A DNA stretch of 64,000 nt. Origin: Albugo candida (lineage: Eukaryota). Shown here in pieces: positions 46,757-60,040 of the stretch; position 1 is the first letter of the stretch, and each line of letters begins with the position of its first letter. Position numbers and translations under genes: made by a program. The notes below the pieces were generated by a model, which worked only from the letters and a program-made list of their open reading frames with translations, was not told where the DNA came from and searched no databases. The stretch lies in contig JBDOQK010000019.1 in assembly GCA_040437565.1 (NCBI GenBank), positions 1 to 64,000 of the forward strand. The letters run 5' to 3'.

Positions 46757-49247
46757 CAAGATCACAACCGTCAAGTGCAAACAAGGCTACAGCAAGTTTA
46801 CGATGATATCACTGTGAAGATCATGAAGCAACAAGACAAACTACACCTTCTTGTGAGCAAATACCATGCAGTCGAAAAAGAGTACGAGTTCATGCGGCAA
46901 GACTCCGAGCTGGCACGAGAAGCGTTAGAGGAGATGCATATGCGTGCCTTTAAACTGGAACTATTGCTCCAAAACATCGACAAGCAAGACCGAAACTACC
47001 GTAACGTGATCGCCAAATGCGCCTTATATCCAGCTCAGCATCCTTTACATTTAGAAAGATCAGAAAAGACTTTACTCTTGTGTCAAAAGACTCTTGAAAA
47101 CCTGCGAGAAGCAAAGAGGATTGTATTACACAAAAAATCGCACTTGGAACATCATAAGAAGCCTCAGTTCGAAAAGGAAATGTCCAAACAGAAAAAGTTG
47201 TTGAATAGAATTGTTAATAAGCTTGAGAGAGCAAAAGAAAAGTTATCGCAAGAAGGAAGCGCCACCGACCGATTGCTACAAGATCGCTTACAGCTGATGC
47301 AATTGGTTAAGGAAATCAAGACCTCACGATACGTTGACAGTGCAAAAGACAATTCTGTTTTACACCAAGTAGATTATGAGGCTGCTGATGCAGAAAATGA
47401 CGCAAATATCGAGGAAAAAGCACTTTGTGCAGCTAAAATGGCATCGCAAGCCTCTATCCGTTCTATAGAAGCAAAGGTAGCAGCACAACATAGTGAAAAC
47501 CTGTGTGCAAAGGTACTGGATGAAACTGGGCTTTCCAGCTTGAATTCTCTTTTAGAAAAATTCTTGGGTTATACAGATCTACAAAAGAGCTTTGACGAAC
47601 AAGTCTTGACTTACGAAAATCACTTGGGACAAATGACTGCTAGTGAAGAGGAACTGAAGCGAGAACTCTTCTCTCTAGAAATATCCGAGGCAGCAACTTC
47701 GAGAGATGAATTAAGAGATCTACAAAACAGATTCCAAGAGGCTGAATCAGTACTAAGCATAACTGCAAGCAATGAAGACGATGCTATAAAGGGTTACAAT
47801 CATGCGGTTGCCGGAATCACAAGAATTGCCAAAATGCTTGGGACCGCCTTAATACAAGCTTCGAACCAGAATCTCATCTCAGAGAATGACGCTTGGCTAC
47901 AAGAAATCTCTTTCGATGAGAGCGAAGTGAATTCTTTACTAGTATCTGGAGAATCTGCAAAAATATTGGATGCACTTCGCATCTGCTGTAGAAAATTATG
48001 CCGCATGATTGATGCTGTAAGTGATGATGATACGGCGTGGTTCTGATGCTAATTTGGTCACTTTGTAGTCGGAAAGAGATCCTTGTACGGATGCAGTTCT
48101 CAGCGTGGTAGGCTCGGTCACTCATACATTCCACTTTCAAGAAAAGTCATAATATTTTGATCGTAGACAAATTCCTCAATGACATCGAAGATCACCGATG
48201 AAGAGCCAAACGAGTCGATCACATCAAATTCCTCATCGACTTCTCGTCAAAACAATCGCAAAACATCCAAGATTCTTGGGATAAGAACGGACAGACGTAG
48301 GTCAACGACGGATGAACTAAAAGTGAGGACGAGGTCATCCATCAAAGCAAGCAGCGAAGGAATAATTTTGGAGGAGAAGCGGCATTTGGAAAAGAAAAAG
48401 AGACCTTAGTGATTGTAGTTGTGATACCCAGTTACATGAAAATTCTAGCTGTATGATTGCAGCAATTTAGATAAAACAGGTAGAGCCAGGAACTCTCAAC
48501 CTTCAGAACGTAGTCATAGGAGCGCGGACGCGTCCAGGTCGAGGGAAAATCGGTTCGATTGCTATCATCAGGTAGAGTTATAAAATTGGCGCTGATCGCT
48601 TTGTTCGTCACATACGACAAGGTATACATGTTATTCGGACTCTATATAAAGGTGCGGATCTTAAATGTTTGTTGAGTTTGCCGAGGCTGAGATTTTGTAC
48701 AGAAGTAAATGAGTGAATGAAGCAAATTACCAGCAATGTCAGTTGCCGTTCGTGCGCTCCACCACATGCCATCTCCGGCTTCTACAAGACAGCCGAATGA
48801 TACGATGTCGACATGGTGCCACAATTGATGCTCTTCAAATTTATCTAGTTGTGAACGGAATGGAGATCCTAGACGGTGCGTACGCGCAAATCGGGAGACA
48901 ATATTCAATCGCCAGATTGCCGGTTGCGTGCGTGCTCCACGAGTGTGTACTGTACCACTCGACAACGATTTAAACTGCCATGTCGGTGGAAAAAACGCAT
49001 TGCCAGGCCATGATAAAGCCTGGCAAGAAAGCCGCTACTGATGACCTGTCGGTAAAGTTGCTTACTAGCTAATACATGAATATATACTCCGTGCTCTAAT
49101 TGATTTATTGACAATTTCCTGCTGCAGGTCAAGTCCAATTTAGCTATATTCTCTTCATTACCACGGCCTCGGCACATCATTAGCGACGGCTTGCAAACAC
49201 GTCGAGGACAATAGTATTCTAATGGTTATATCGTGTAAGATATATCT
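46757..49247. repeat. Direct duplicate of 44166-46656 across an N gap (probable artefact; gives a false second copy of the NTPase 3' end)
   Basis: Same sequence at offset 2591; all ORFs are repeated. Confidence 0.9.
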
Positions 49248-50290
49248 ACTTGACTAAACGATTCGTTTTGTCGACGTCAGCAATGCACCATCTGTACGTT
49301 GAATATTGCAATGGATGTCTTGAATTAGTTGCACACTATCAGTTTTGAGTAAACCTTTGGATAAAATTCAACAGATAGTCATCAAAGGAGTGCATGGAGC
49401 TTTGATCATCCTTCTTTCGCCGGCGGCAACAAGACTACCACCGGAATAGTTCTGAAGTATTTCTTATCGGTATGGAAGTTATATGCGAATTCACCGATGC
49501 GAGTGAGATTCAATCCAACTGGATTTCAATGATGCTTTGAGTTTTTTTGTTTGCCGATATTTGCTTGTGTTTGTGTATCAGTCATTTTAGATTCTATCGT
49601 TCAAGATGAGTATTCTTTACTAAAACGCAGCGACCGAGTACCCAGCAGGGTGAGCTGACAACCCGTAGGTTAGAAGAGAAGAAATTTATCATTCCTGATG
49701 CTCACATCACAAGCCGGAACAAATCAGCAACTATATAAATCCACACCACCTAAAGCTCGATTAATAGTATTTAAGATTTACTGGAAAGGTTGCTCTCAGT
49801 CTAAGCGCGTTAGGAATGGAGTTGGGAGAATATTCTCAATAGCATCCATGCAGTAGGATGTTATTCATAGAAAATGATAAATTATTATAAATAGTAAAGA
49901 CTCCACAGACGTGTTCAGGCAGATGTCCTGCTCTTCACGATAAATATGGATCCAAATCGCTTTTCTTCTCAATCTCTTGAATCAATACCTTCGCGATAGT
50001 AGGCATAATAACTAGAGAACTTTTCTTGTCAAGAGCGCTTACGCAGTAACATCGAGTCCGAGTGAATGAGCTCTAGCTTTGATAGAGAGAAGGAATGTGG
50101 AAAAAAATTATATTATACACAGAAGAAAACTGTAATGTATAGTATACAAATAGAATGCCGGATAATTTGATTCCAATCATCGGTCGTCGTATAATTCGAT
50201 TCCGTTCAGGCTGTAATCGGCTTTCTTGATTGATCGATCACGAAAAGACGTGATAAGTATTTCTGACTTATTGCGCAAGAATTCGGCCTA

Positions 50291-52367
50291 ATGAAGTCCC
50301 ATCATCACTCACCGTCGTCCGTTTCGGATGCGCCAATGTTTTCTCACATAAGAACCCGTGCGTGCTCGACAGCGATGCATTGTATCACAACAACAAGAGA
50401 TCATGTATGCGATCAAATTCCCTTGCTTGAAGCCTCTCACGCTTGCTATTTAGTTTCTACTCGTTTGCATTGGCATTTTGGATGCATTGGATCAAGTACA
50501 AGAGCGATTGCATCTTTCAGTCCGTTTGATAAAGAAATTGAGACGAAAGTTACTAGAACTGATGGATTTCAATAACCTGAGTCCGAAATATCGAAAAGGA
50601 TTATCCACAAGTCAAGTTGAACGCGTCAAAGTAGGTCAGTACGCAGGTCCAAAGATGGTAGAAAGTGATGTGCAGGATGTCAAGGAAGCCTCCGGTCTCA
50701 TTCACTCCTTGTTATCCGGTACGATACATAGAGCTGCTATGAAAAATTGCGCTCAAATAAGCTTGTTCAGTCACGAAAATGTTGACACAAGTGGTGATAT
50801 CGACGGCAGTGGGAACTTGTCATCGCATGTGCACATTGATAATGAACGTACCAGGTCTCCGATTGGCGTGCAATCTTCTCCATCGTTTGTATCAGCTTAT
50901 TGATGAGATTTTGGACCTCGCAACACCGTCACAAATCGCTTCCGAACCTGGCTCATACGGTGGAAACTCGGAAAGAAAGTCAAATTTTGAAGATCCTAGT
51001 CGTATGTTCTTACAGATGTCATCATGCTGACGACTAAGTGTGTACGATGGCATTAGTCACAGCTATAGTACTGGAATATCGTGAAAAGGAATGTGCTTTG
51101 CCTTGGAATAACAATCGACGAATTCAACGCGTAATGCATTTTCAAATTCCGTTGCGTTCATTTGAAGCTACAGTTCGACTTCCGCCGGAAGCAGTCTCAG
51201 CAGATCCAATGTTCACAGAATTCGGACGAGACAACTGGGGCCAACGACGTCAAAGTAGCTCTGAATGTGTGGCATCCTCATCATCTCCGCGTTCAATTCC
51301 AGTGTCGCCAATAGCTAGGAAAAGAGTCCAACTGGCATTTAATAATTTCTCAGACGATGTATTGTATCAAGCGCGTGACCGGTTACGGAAAGAGAGGGCA
51401 GAAACGTTGACAGGTGTACGAGATCTGAAAGTTCCTCGATTCAATATACGTGACTGCAATGAAGAATTGTATTTAACTTGTGGCCGCCATTGCGTCTTCA
51501 AGGTACTTGTGAATGTCTCGCAAATTGCATCCATTCATGTATCTGTCTTCAGGTTGGTTCTGGAATGTATCGTAGTGTACGAGGGTCAGTGGCAGTTCCT
51601 CATAATCGCTACGTTTACTTCGAGATGTCGCTGTGCGGATTGCATAATGCAGAGGCACGACGTCAATCACAGCGAACAAATGACAGCATGCCATCCACAA
51701 ACACATTTCCTGGCCAAATATCACAGAAGCCCGATGATGAATCCCAGGACGTGAGCGTATGCATCGGCCTATCCACTCGAATGATGCCTCTCAATACTCT
51801 TGTCGGTACCTCGAAGCACTCTGTAAGCATCTTTTTCTCCTAAACGTATGCGTCCTCACTTTTTCCTTCTGATAGATCGGATACTATTCTGCTGGACACG
51901 TGCTTGTTGGTGGGGAGAAACAGAGTTTTCAAGCTGTCAACGTCCGATATGGCCTCAACACAACTGTTGGCATGCTGATTTATTTTGATGACAATCTCCA
52001 GCCTCCAAGCTGCCAATATGAGAATGAGAATTCACAGCGTTCGAGCGATGCGCATGGGTGCGTTAAAGCGCGCTTTAGCGTTAGCGGACTTGCAGTGCGA
52101 GATGGAGAAAATCAAGTTGTGGAGTGCTCCTTTGGAATCCCATCTGAAAGTGATTTATACCCGACACTTTCACTGCATTCTCAAGATGTTTGTGTCTTCA
52201 GTCGCTTCTCCGCGCCGGACATTATCGCTCTTAATGTTCACGATTTTGATATACCTCATGGGCCTTTGTCAATTTGGTGTTTAGATGGATTACAGCTAGA
52301 TGTATCTTCCAGCAACACTATCGATCGGGTTGAAGCCACTTTGGTTGATGATACAGCAGTGTGGTAG
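50291..52367 (+). CDS. SPRY/B30.2-like domain protein, multi-exon (5' end uncertain)
   Basis: YRSVRGSVAVPHNRYVYFEMSL, VCIGLST...LVGTSKHS/IGYYSAG, YGLNTTVGMLI and LYPTLSLHS form the SPRY beta-sandwich pattern. Confidence 0.7.
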
Positions 52368-52423
52368 GGACACGATGGAGACGACTGGTGTAGGACATGG
52401 TACCATTGAGCAGTTGATGGGTA

Positions 52424-55400
52424 TCAGAGATTATATTTGCTGTATTTGTCACCGCCAAGTCCGACTTGGAGAGTCGTTTCATCCAAAATCCGCTGAATCT
52501 CTCTCTTCGCCTCGATCACCGATTGGCGCGTCGGTCCTTCAATAGCCTGAACAAGAACATTATGAGCCAATTCAACAGGAAATTGGAGCAGCGTACCAAG
52601 TATAATTTTCTCTCGCCAGGATTCGGCTTTCGTCCACTTGGAACGTACGATCCCCTCGCAATGATCGCAGCACCAGTGAGTTCCGCAACCGAGTCACTTG
52701 CTTCTTTTTGGGTAACTTTCCATCGGGCTTGCTGGGGGTATTCGTTGATCTCCAACTCTTCCTCGAAATGTCCATCTACCAATGTGGATGTCTGAGCTTG
52801 AGTTTGTTTGTATTGCATGTCAAGTATCTGCGCAATTTGTTGGGCTTTCTTTACAGCGGAAATTGTATCATTCGCTCCATTCCGATGGTGTCCGCTTCCG
52901 GTCGAGTGCGCGGTGGCCTTACTGCTCACCTCTGCATCGTTTACAGCTTCATCCTCATCCTCTCCAGAAGCATTTTCTTCGACCAAAATACCCTGATCAA
53001 TCTCATACTGCCGCTTTTGTAGGTCAGCCGTACGCTGTGTCTCATTCTTTTCACTTTCATCAAATGTGAATCCTTTTCCTTTGAATCCACTTCCATGATA
53101 TCGAGCTTCTCCGCGTTTTACTTTTTCTTTAAAAGTGTCTGCCAGCGCCACAAGCTCCGCTGGGATGGTTTGCTTTGCATTTTCTAAGGCTTTTACCAGG
53201 TCCACAGCATACTCTTCTTCCTACACAACACCAAATGAGCTTGTGAATCACATCAACAGGGGCTTGCGTACGTCCGGGGAGATGAATGTATACGCGGTTC
53301 CTTTTCGACCAGCTCTTCCAGTTCTTCCAACACGATGCACGTAGTCTTCCAAATGGTTGGGGCAGTGATAGTTGACAACGAGCACGAGATCTTTGACGTC
53401 TAATCCACGGCCAGCCACTGAGGTTGCGACCATGAGAGTTCGGACTTGACGCTTGAAATCATCGATGGTGTAATCGCGATCAATCTGATCTTTCCCGCCT
53501 GCATCAAAGCGTTTAGTACTTTTATCATTCCAGGCATAAAGGATGATACCGTGCAGTGATAATGCTGGGTATCCGGCCTTCATGAGATCCTGGAAGATCT
53601 GATCGCACGTTTGCTGCGTGTTGACAAAAACAAGCACATTCCCTTTGCCATACCAATAGCCTAGAAGCTGTAAAAGACGCATGAACTTGTCACTTTCTTC
53701 GCGTACTTCTACGTATTGTGTTATGTCGCCAGACGCTGTGCTGCGCGCTCCAACCGTGATCTCAACAGGTTTCAAAAGCACTTTGCGTGCTAATGTTTCG
53801 ACAGAACGTGGAAACGTTGCAGAGAACAGCAGAGTTTGGCGATCCGGTCGAATGTTCATGATGATTTTAGTGATTTGAGGCTCAAATCCCATGTCAAACA
53901 TCCGATCCGCTTCATCCAATACGACATAGCTGACACGTTGCAAGGAGACCACTTTGCCAGCGCTCATGCACAATATGTCGATCATGCGACCCGGTGTACA
54001 GATGACAATCTCTGAACCTCTTTTGAGCTTTCCAATTTGCTCCGAGACGGAAGAGCCTCCGTAAACTGCCGTAGCTCGTAAACCTAGATCTTTAGCGAAT
54101 CGTTTCGCCTCCACATAAATCTGTTGAGCCAATTCGCGAGCAGGAGCCATAATCAAACCGATGGGTCCTTCGCCTTCTTTAAGTGGTGGTTGATGTAAAA
54201 TATGACGAAACATTGGAAGTAAAAATGCCAATGTTTTCCCCGATCCTGTCTTTGCAATTCCAATGACATCTCGACCTGCCATAATCGCTGGAAGAGCTTG
54301 TCGCTGTATAGCAAATGGCTCTGTATAGCCATGTTTCTGGATCAGCTGTTGTAGTCGAAGACTGAATCCGCATTGTGACCACTTCAAAACCGGTCGAGGG
54401 CAGTTCTTTCCTCGGACTTTTGTCTCCATCTTATTACGAAGCTCTTGCACCTCATCGTCTGCAAGATCTTTGATTTCCCGAGGTGTCACGTAGAGCTTTT
54501 TCTGGAAGGGTACGTATTCAATCTATAACGAAAAGCATTAATGCCAAGTTTTCAATCATCCTGCCGTTGATCTTCCTTACCTTGGAGTGGTCGACAGGTT
54601 TAATGTCTTTCTTCTTCTGTGCTTCTTGAAGAATCTCCAGTGCGGATCGATGGTCTACATTCTCTGCTTCTTCTCCAATAGTATCCTCTTCCAAACCTTG
54701 ATAGATACGTCCAGTTTCCTGGGCAGATTTATGCACAGCATTACGCCCATTTTCATCGTTAACTTCGATAGATTGCTGCTCCAATTCTTCTTCACGTTGT
54801 CTTTTTTCTTTGATGGCTCGCATGAATTCACGAAGCTCTTCTTCTTCGCGTGCTTCGAGCTCAGCGGTCGTGAGTCCATCCGCGTCTTCCTTGGTTGCTG
54901 ATGTTTGATTGATCTCTTTTTCTCTTGGCTGAGACTGCAAATCTTCCAAAGAGATCACATTGGACGCCGATGATACAAAAGATTCTTGCTCGATTGCTTC
55001 TTCTACAATCCCAGCCATGTAAGCATCCAATGGATCAATTGTGTCTTCTTCTGTTTTCTCTTTCTCATCCGTATCTATATTTCTCTCTAGCTTAGGTGAG
55101 CTCACATGGCCATTTTCTTGATTCTGTTCCTTGTCCACTTCAAAAGTGTCTATCTTCTGCGCATCAGCTACCTGGGCATTCTCTAACTGCTGTTCCTCAG
55201 CCACTTGTCCATTATCTCTCTCCTGTTTGTCCGCTACTTGATTATCATCTCTCTTCTCTTCCTCAACCACTTGACCTTTGTCAAACTTCTCTTCCTCGGC
55301 CACTTGGCCTTTCTCTTGATTCTCTAGCTTAGCTACTTGATCATTGTCTCGCTTTTCTTCCTCAGCCTCTTGACATTTGTCTTGCTTCTCTTCCTGAATA

Positions 55401-56386
55401 GCTTCACTAATGTATTGCTTTTGTTCCTGGGAAGCTTGGCCGTTGTCTTGCTTATCTTTCTGGGGAGCTTGGACGTTCCGAAGCTTCTCTTTCTCGACCA
55501 CTGGTTCCTCAATAGCCTCTTCAGTGATTTTTTCTTGACCCTCTTTCGACTCCTTTACAGAAGGTTCAACCTTGTCGAAATCAGACGACGGTAATTCGGC
55601 ATCAATCGTGGCATCTTCAAGCTCCTTTATCTTCTGTTGCTGTTCTCGCCACATTCTCAGTCGTTCTCGTCGTCGTTTCTTTTCTTCCTCTTCGGATGAT
55701 TCCAATGCCTTCATATCCATTGCAACGGTCATTCTGGGTTTACCTTTCGGAATGGTCTTCAAATTGAATGCAACTGATGTCGGAAAAGTCTTCTTGTACG
55801 AAATCGTGCTATCATAAGCTCTCGATCCTGAACTTTCTTTCCTTTGTTTCGATGGGATTGTATCCACAGCTCGATGATAATCATCCCGTTCCTTTCTGCG
55901 GCTTCCTTTCTCATAAATCTTTTCTGAATCATTATATTTTTCCCGCTTCTTCAACTTTTTATGCTCTTTTTTCTTCCTCCTTTCGTTCGATTCGTTTGAG
56001 GAGACTGATTGTGATACGGACCGTGAGAGATCTCTTTTGCGTGACGAGCGCCCTCGACGTGCATCAGTTTTTAGTTCTCTGTATCCTTTGTGCTGACGAG
56101 ATCGATGACGCTCTCGAGAGGAACTCTTCCGATCAGATCTTTTATGGCGCTCTCGGGAGGAGCTCTTTCGATCAGATCTTTTATGGCGCTCTTGAGAAGA
56201 GCTCTTCCGATCAGATCTTTGATGCCTTACTTTGTCAATACTATCGCGTCGACTTTTTTGCGAGTGTCTACTCTTCGATTGTTTTTTTCTGCTTTTCTTT
56301 CTTTTGTGATTCTCTGATTTAGAGCGTGAGCGATTCCGCAAGCGTGGAGAACGAACTCGTGATCGAGATCGTGACTTCGTTTCCAT
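52424..56386 (-). CDS. DDX46: DEAD-box RNA helicase DDX46/PRP5, multi-exon
   Basis: RS-rich N-terminus, [16 protein letters not shown], variant motif Ia [30 protein letters not shown], and a KH-like C-terminus [16 protein letters not shown]...LYL/AIEGPT. Confidence 0.95.
55103..55480 (-). repeat. Coding minisatellite: about 11 degenerate copies of a 33-bp (11-aa) unit [11 protein letters not shown] inside DDX46
   Basis: [99 protein letters not shown]... Confidence 0.8.
56105..56224 (-). repeat. Three copies of a 39-bp coding repeat ([13 protein letters not shown]) in the DDX46 RS domain
   Basis: GATCAGATCTTT recurs every 39 bp, and the peptide is repeated three times. Confidence 0.85.
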
Positions 56387-56465
56387 AAGAAATGGAGCTT
56401 ATAAATAAAACAGTTTTATTGGACAAAATAGAGCCTATCGCTAATCAGTTATAGCACCGTATTCT

Positions 56466-59400
56466 CTAAAAGTATAGATACTCCTTTCGACGTCGATTAA
56501 AAAAAGCAACGACACTAAACATCACTGCATCGTAATGCGGAAGGTCTTCGGAACCATTCAGCCGACCTATTTCACCGGAAGTAGTCATTCCCAAAAGTGG
56601 AGTATTTCCTGCCCATTCTCTATAGGCAGATATCTGCACAGCGCGCGATAAACGTCGCCCGTAATCAAGCAATCAGAAATTGACACGTACCAACTCAGGC
56701 ATGTTATATTCGCCTACAAGAGTCTCCAAGCCAGCGGATAGGAACATGAGGCATCCTAATAGATCGCTCTGAGTATCGCTAAGTTCATTGGAGACCTGTG
56801 ATCCCAATCGCTCGATGGAATTGCGCATTGTCGTAATGTTTATTTCCATCAGTAGTACTCGAGTTCCCGGGTGAACCCAACTAGTTGCTGATATCGAGCC
56901 GTCCGAATGGTTCACGCTCATTATAACTAGTGTCGAGCTTATAAGCTGCGTCATATCATTTCGATCAGCTTCATTCTGGTTGCAAGCATCTAAAAGTGTT
57001 CCAAGAGGATGCAAGTTTCCTAGTCGGGGAAATCCAATGCAGGAGACATCTTGATGCTTCGCTTCTGAAACATATTGCAGCCACTGAAACAAAATCCAGT
57101 TAGATCGAGTACCTCAGTGCGAATGAGTGAAATCATNNNNNNNNNNNNNNNNNNNNNNNNNNNNNNNNNNNNNNNNNNNNNNNNNNNNNNNNNNNNNNNN
57201 NNNNNNNNNNNNNNNNNNNNNNNNNNNNNNNNNNNNCATATTGCAGCCACTGAAACAAAATCCAGTTAGATCGAGTACCTCAGTGCGAATGAGTGAAATC
57301 ATGCCTCAAGGTACACTTTGGCAGCTGGCTGAGAATCAATTTCGTAGATACAATTGCTCGTTGCTTTGGTTATCGTTCCCATGCAAACTTGCTGCAGTTC
57401 CGTCTCGAAGGGCTGATACCCGGTAAACCAGCTGATATGTGTGTCCACGCTTGGAAAGCACAATGCGAAAGCAATACCTGTATCTGTCCAAGTGGCATGG
57501 TCGCTCTGCATGCGATGTTGCTCAGTTCCGTTGCTACTTATTTGAATCCACAAAACACGTTGCTGAGGCTTTGAGCCTTGCTTGATTGCGTTTGACGAAC
57601 ATCCGCCTACTATCGGGCATGATAATGCGTCACGAATCCCCTCAATCGCTTCTTGAACAAACAAAGGACACGCATATGCCACGATAAAAGCCTGTCAAAA
57701 TTCTTCATCAGACAGTCGTAATTCAGTTCCGACAGTCAAGACAAACATACGGGTGGTTCTCCTGGATCAACGTCTGCCGCAATCCTGGCATATGCCGTCC
57801 TCGCTGCTGCGTACGATGCGTCCTTGGCAGTCTCTTGAGTGTACTTGACATGTTCGACAGAGTATATTCCATCAGCGTCACGAATACCCCAAAGAGTAAC
57901 GAGACCTTCAGCATTTCGGCCTTTGTCCGAGATCCACGCATTCTCATTGCACATTGCTCGTGCAATGGTTCCGCCAATGTACGGAATTGCTGGTGCCAAT
58001 TGACGAAGTAATGTAATGATCAGATCAGCACTAAAGCCCGTTGTAAATCCAATCACCATAAAATGTACTGTTCCATCCAGATCGGACATCAAATCATTAA
58101 ATGCACTGGTTACGGCTGCAGTTTCTGTTTGCGCCGTTGCCCAGGCACTTGATACTCGAACGCTAGTGGAGTTAGTCTCTAATCTCTCAATCTCTGTGAT
58201 CCGCTGGGATGAGTATCGCATGGAAGAGTAGGATGCATTTGTGTCATCATAGGAGTCAGATTGTACACTTCTGCCGGGTTTAGGATGGCCGGTTTTGCGT
58301 TGAGAGACCGGACGCTTTTCGTGGTGCGAATAGTCTGCGTGGGATAAATGATCCGACCAGAACGAGTCGGGAGCTTGCTGATCCGATAAAGAGAGCGCTT
58401 TAGATGTGATTGCTGAATTTAAGCTTGACATTTCTGCACCATAATTCTTTTCTTCTTCCTCTTCAGCACCCAAATGAGACTGCTCATGTTCCAGTTTGTT
58501 ATCAGCAAAATGATTCTCTTGATTGCCCGCTTCGAAATTCGAAAGCCCTTGTCGAAGCTGTTCCTCGTTCTCCAAGTACCCTGTCAGGTCTTGCGAGCAT
58601 CGTTCTAGCAAAACGATTTGACTATTCGCAGTTTGAATGCGAGACTTGCGACGTCTCTGTTCACTGACGTTCTCTTCTACAGTCTTATACTCTTTATTTT
58701 GATCTCTTTGGTCATGTTTTTGTTTGATTGCTTGTGGGGTTTCAGTTCGTTGCTTTGTGATCCAGCTTTGGAACTCTTGCTGATTGGAAAGCTCGGAAAG
58801 GCTCTTGGAGTGATGTCGAGAGGCCTGACACTTGACACAAATTCGGATACTCGTATGTTGGCGAGCTAATATCTGTGTCCCGGACTCAGCATCGGTGAAA
58901 TTGATGGAAGGAACGTGGATAGTACTACTACATTGCCAGCAAATGACTTCTCCACAAGTTCGGCAGTGATGTCGTCGTCGAAATAAAGAGGAGAACTTTC
59001 TCAGACAAATCACGCAGCACTGGCGCTCCCTGCACGATCATACAAACTTAGACATGATTCCGCGTAATTTCGAATGCACATACTCGTCTTTTACCCAGGC
59101 CGAAGTCTTTACAACGGATACCTCTTGCATTTCTGGTGGATCCTCCAGCAAGTTTCGCAATCCTTTGGCCAATTGATGCGTCATTTCTACCGCTGGGTTT
59201 CCACGGAAAAGATTCACAACCAGTGGCGATCGCTGGAAAGCAACCGAAATCCGAACCAGCTCTTCGGCATAATCCGCAACAGGCAGACGCTCAAACTTAC
59301 ATATAAGAGCATCAAACTGAGATCGTTCTAAGTTGGAATTGGCAATCTGGGGCATCCCACCGACTTCTGCTAACGATTCCTGGAACAGATAGCATGACAC

Positions 59401-60040
59401 GATCTCACCATTTCTAACGCCGATGCCGATATACTAAGCGAGTAAAGGTGAATCGTACAAACTTAGCGAATTGCTCTGCAAGGATAGAAAAGTGTTTCTG
59501 TATTTGTACCTCTAACACATAAAAGTCACACGATTTGCTGGTCAAAAGTCCAGACTTAATTGCCCACCACTTTATAGAAGACTGCTTGTACATATCCTTC
59601 ATTTTATTATTGCTGTTGGAATCGGGTGTTGTGTACTTGCCAGTCCCACTCAGAGTCTCCAAGACTTGGGCATCGAGATACAAATCACCCAAGACTTTAC
59701 GCAAGAAAGCTTTGAATTTATCTGAAGTTTCGACATCGTAAATGGATTTCAGCACATGTGGAAATGAAGCGTTAGCTGTGACGACTGCTTTTGCGGATAG
59801 AAATCCGGCCCATTCTTTGACAGGTTTGAACAGCGCAATCTCTTGTTTTGTGTCGTTGAGTTTCCATAATAGATGGCTGCTCTCATTGACAAGTCCAAGA
59901 CACGATCGAGCTCGATTTTCTGCGTAGCGTTGAAGTCTGATTTTGCGCTCATACGAAAGAGATGGTCCTTGCATGCTGACGGAAGTTGATGGAGAAGCCG
60001 AAAGTGCAGATCCAAGTCGCTCCTTGTTCGATTTCATCAT
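56466..60040 (-). CDS. START-like + FYVE zinc finger + FIST (N and C) domain protein, multi-exon
   Basis: N-terminal START-like region (WKL...IALFK, DAQVLETL, SIKWWAI, CDFYVLE). FYVE: WVKDE/CVICLRKFSSLFRRRHHCRTCGEVICWQCS...RICVKC. FIST motifs: IPYIGGT, CPIVGGCSS, ITKATSNCIYEIDSQPAAKVY, GCLMFLSAG and PLLGMTTSGEIG. The 5' end is uncertain. Confidence 0.8.

Noticed and set aside
39835-49247. Apparent tandem gene duplications of the NTPase/coiled-coil gene, and likewise of the ANK gene and the 61 kb gene
   Set aside because: The copies look identical and directly abut fixed 100-N gaps. Merging them gives single intact ORFs, so these are assembly overlaps.
53498-53550. 17-aa insertion ([17 protein letters not shown]) in the DDX46 helicase core
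   Set aside because: It is an in-frame, stop-free GT-AG intron read through by the ORF finder.
52466-56322. Numerous + strand ORFs opposite DDX46, and similar antisense ORFs over other genes
   Set aside because: They are shadows of the real genes' codon bias and low-complexity regions and carry no recognisable motifs.
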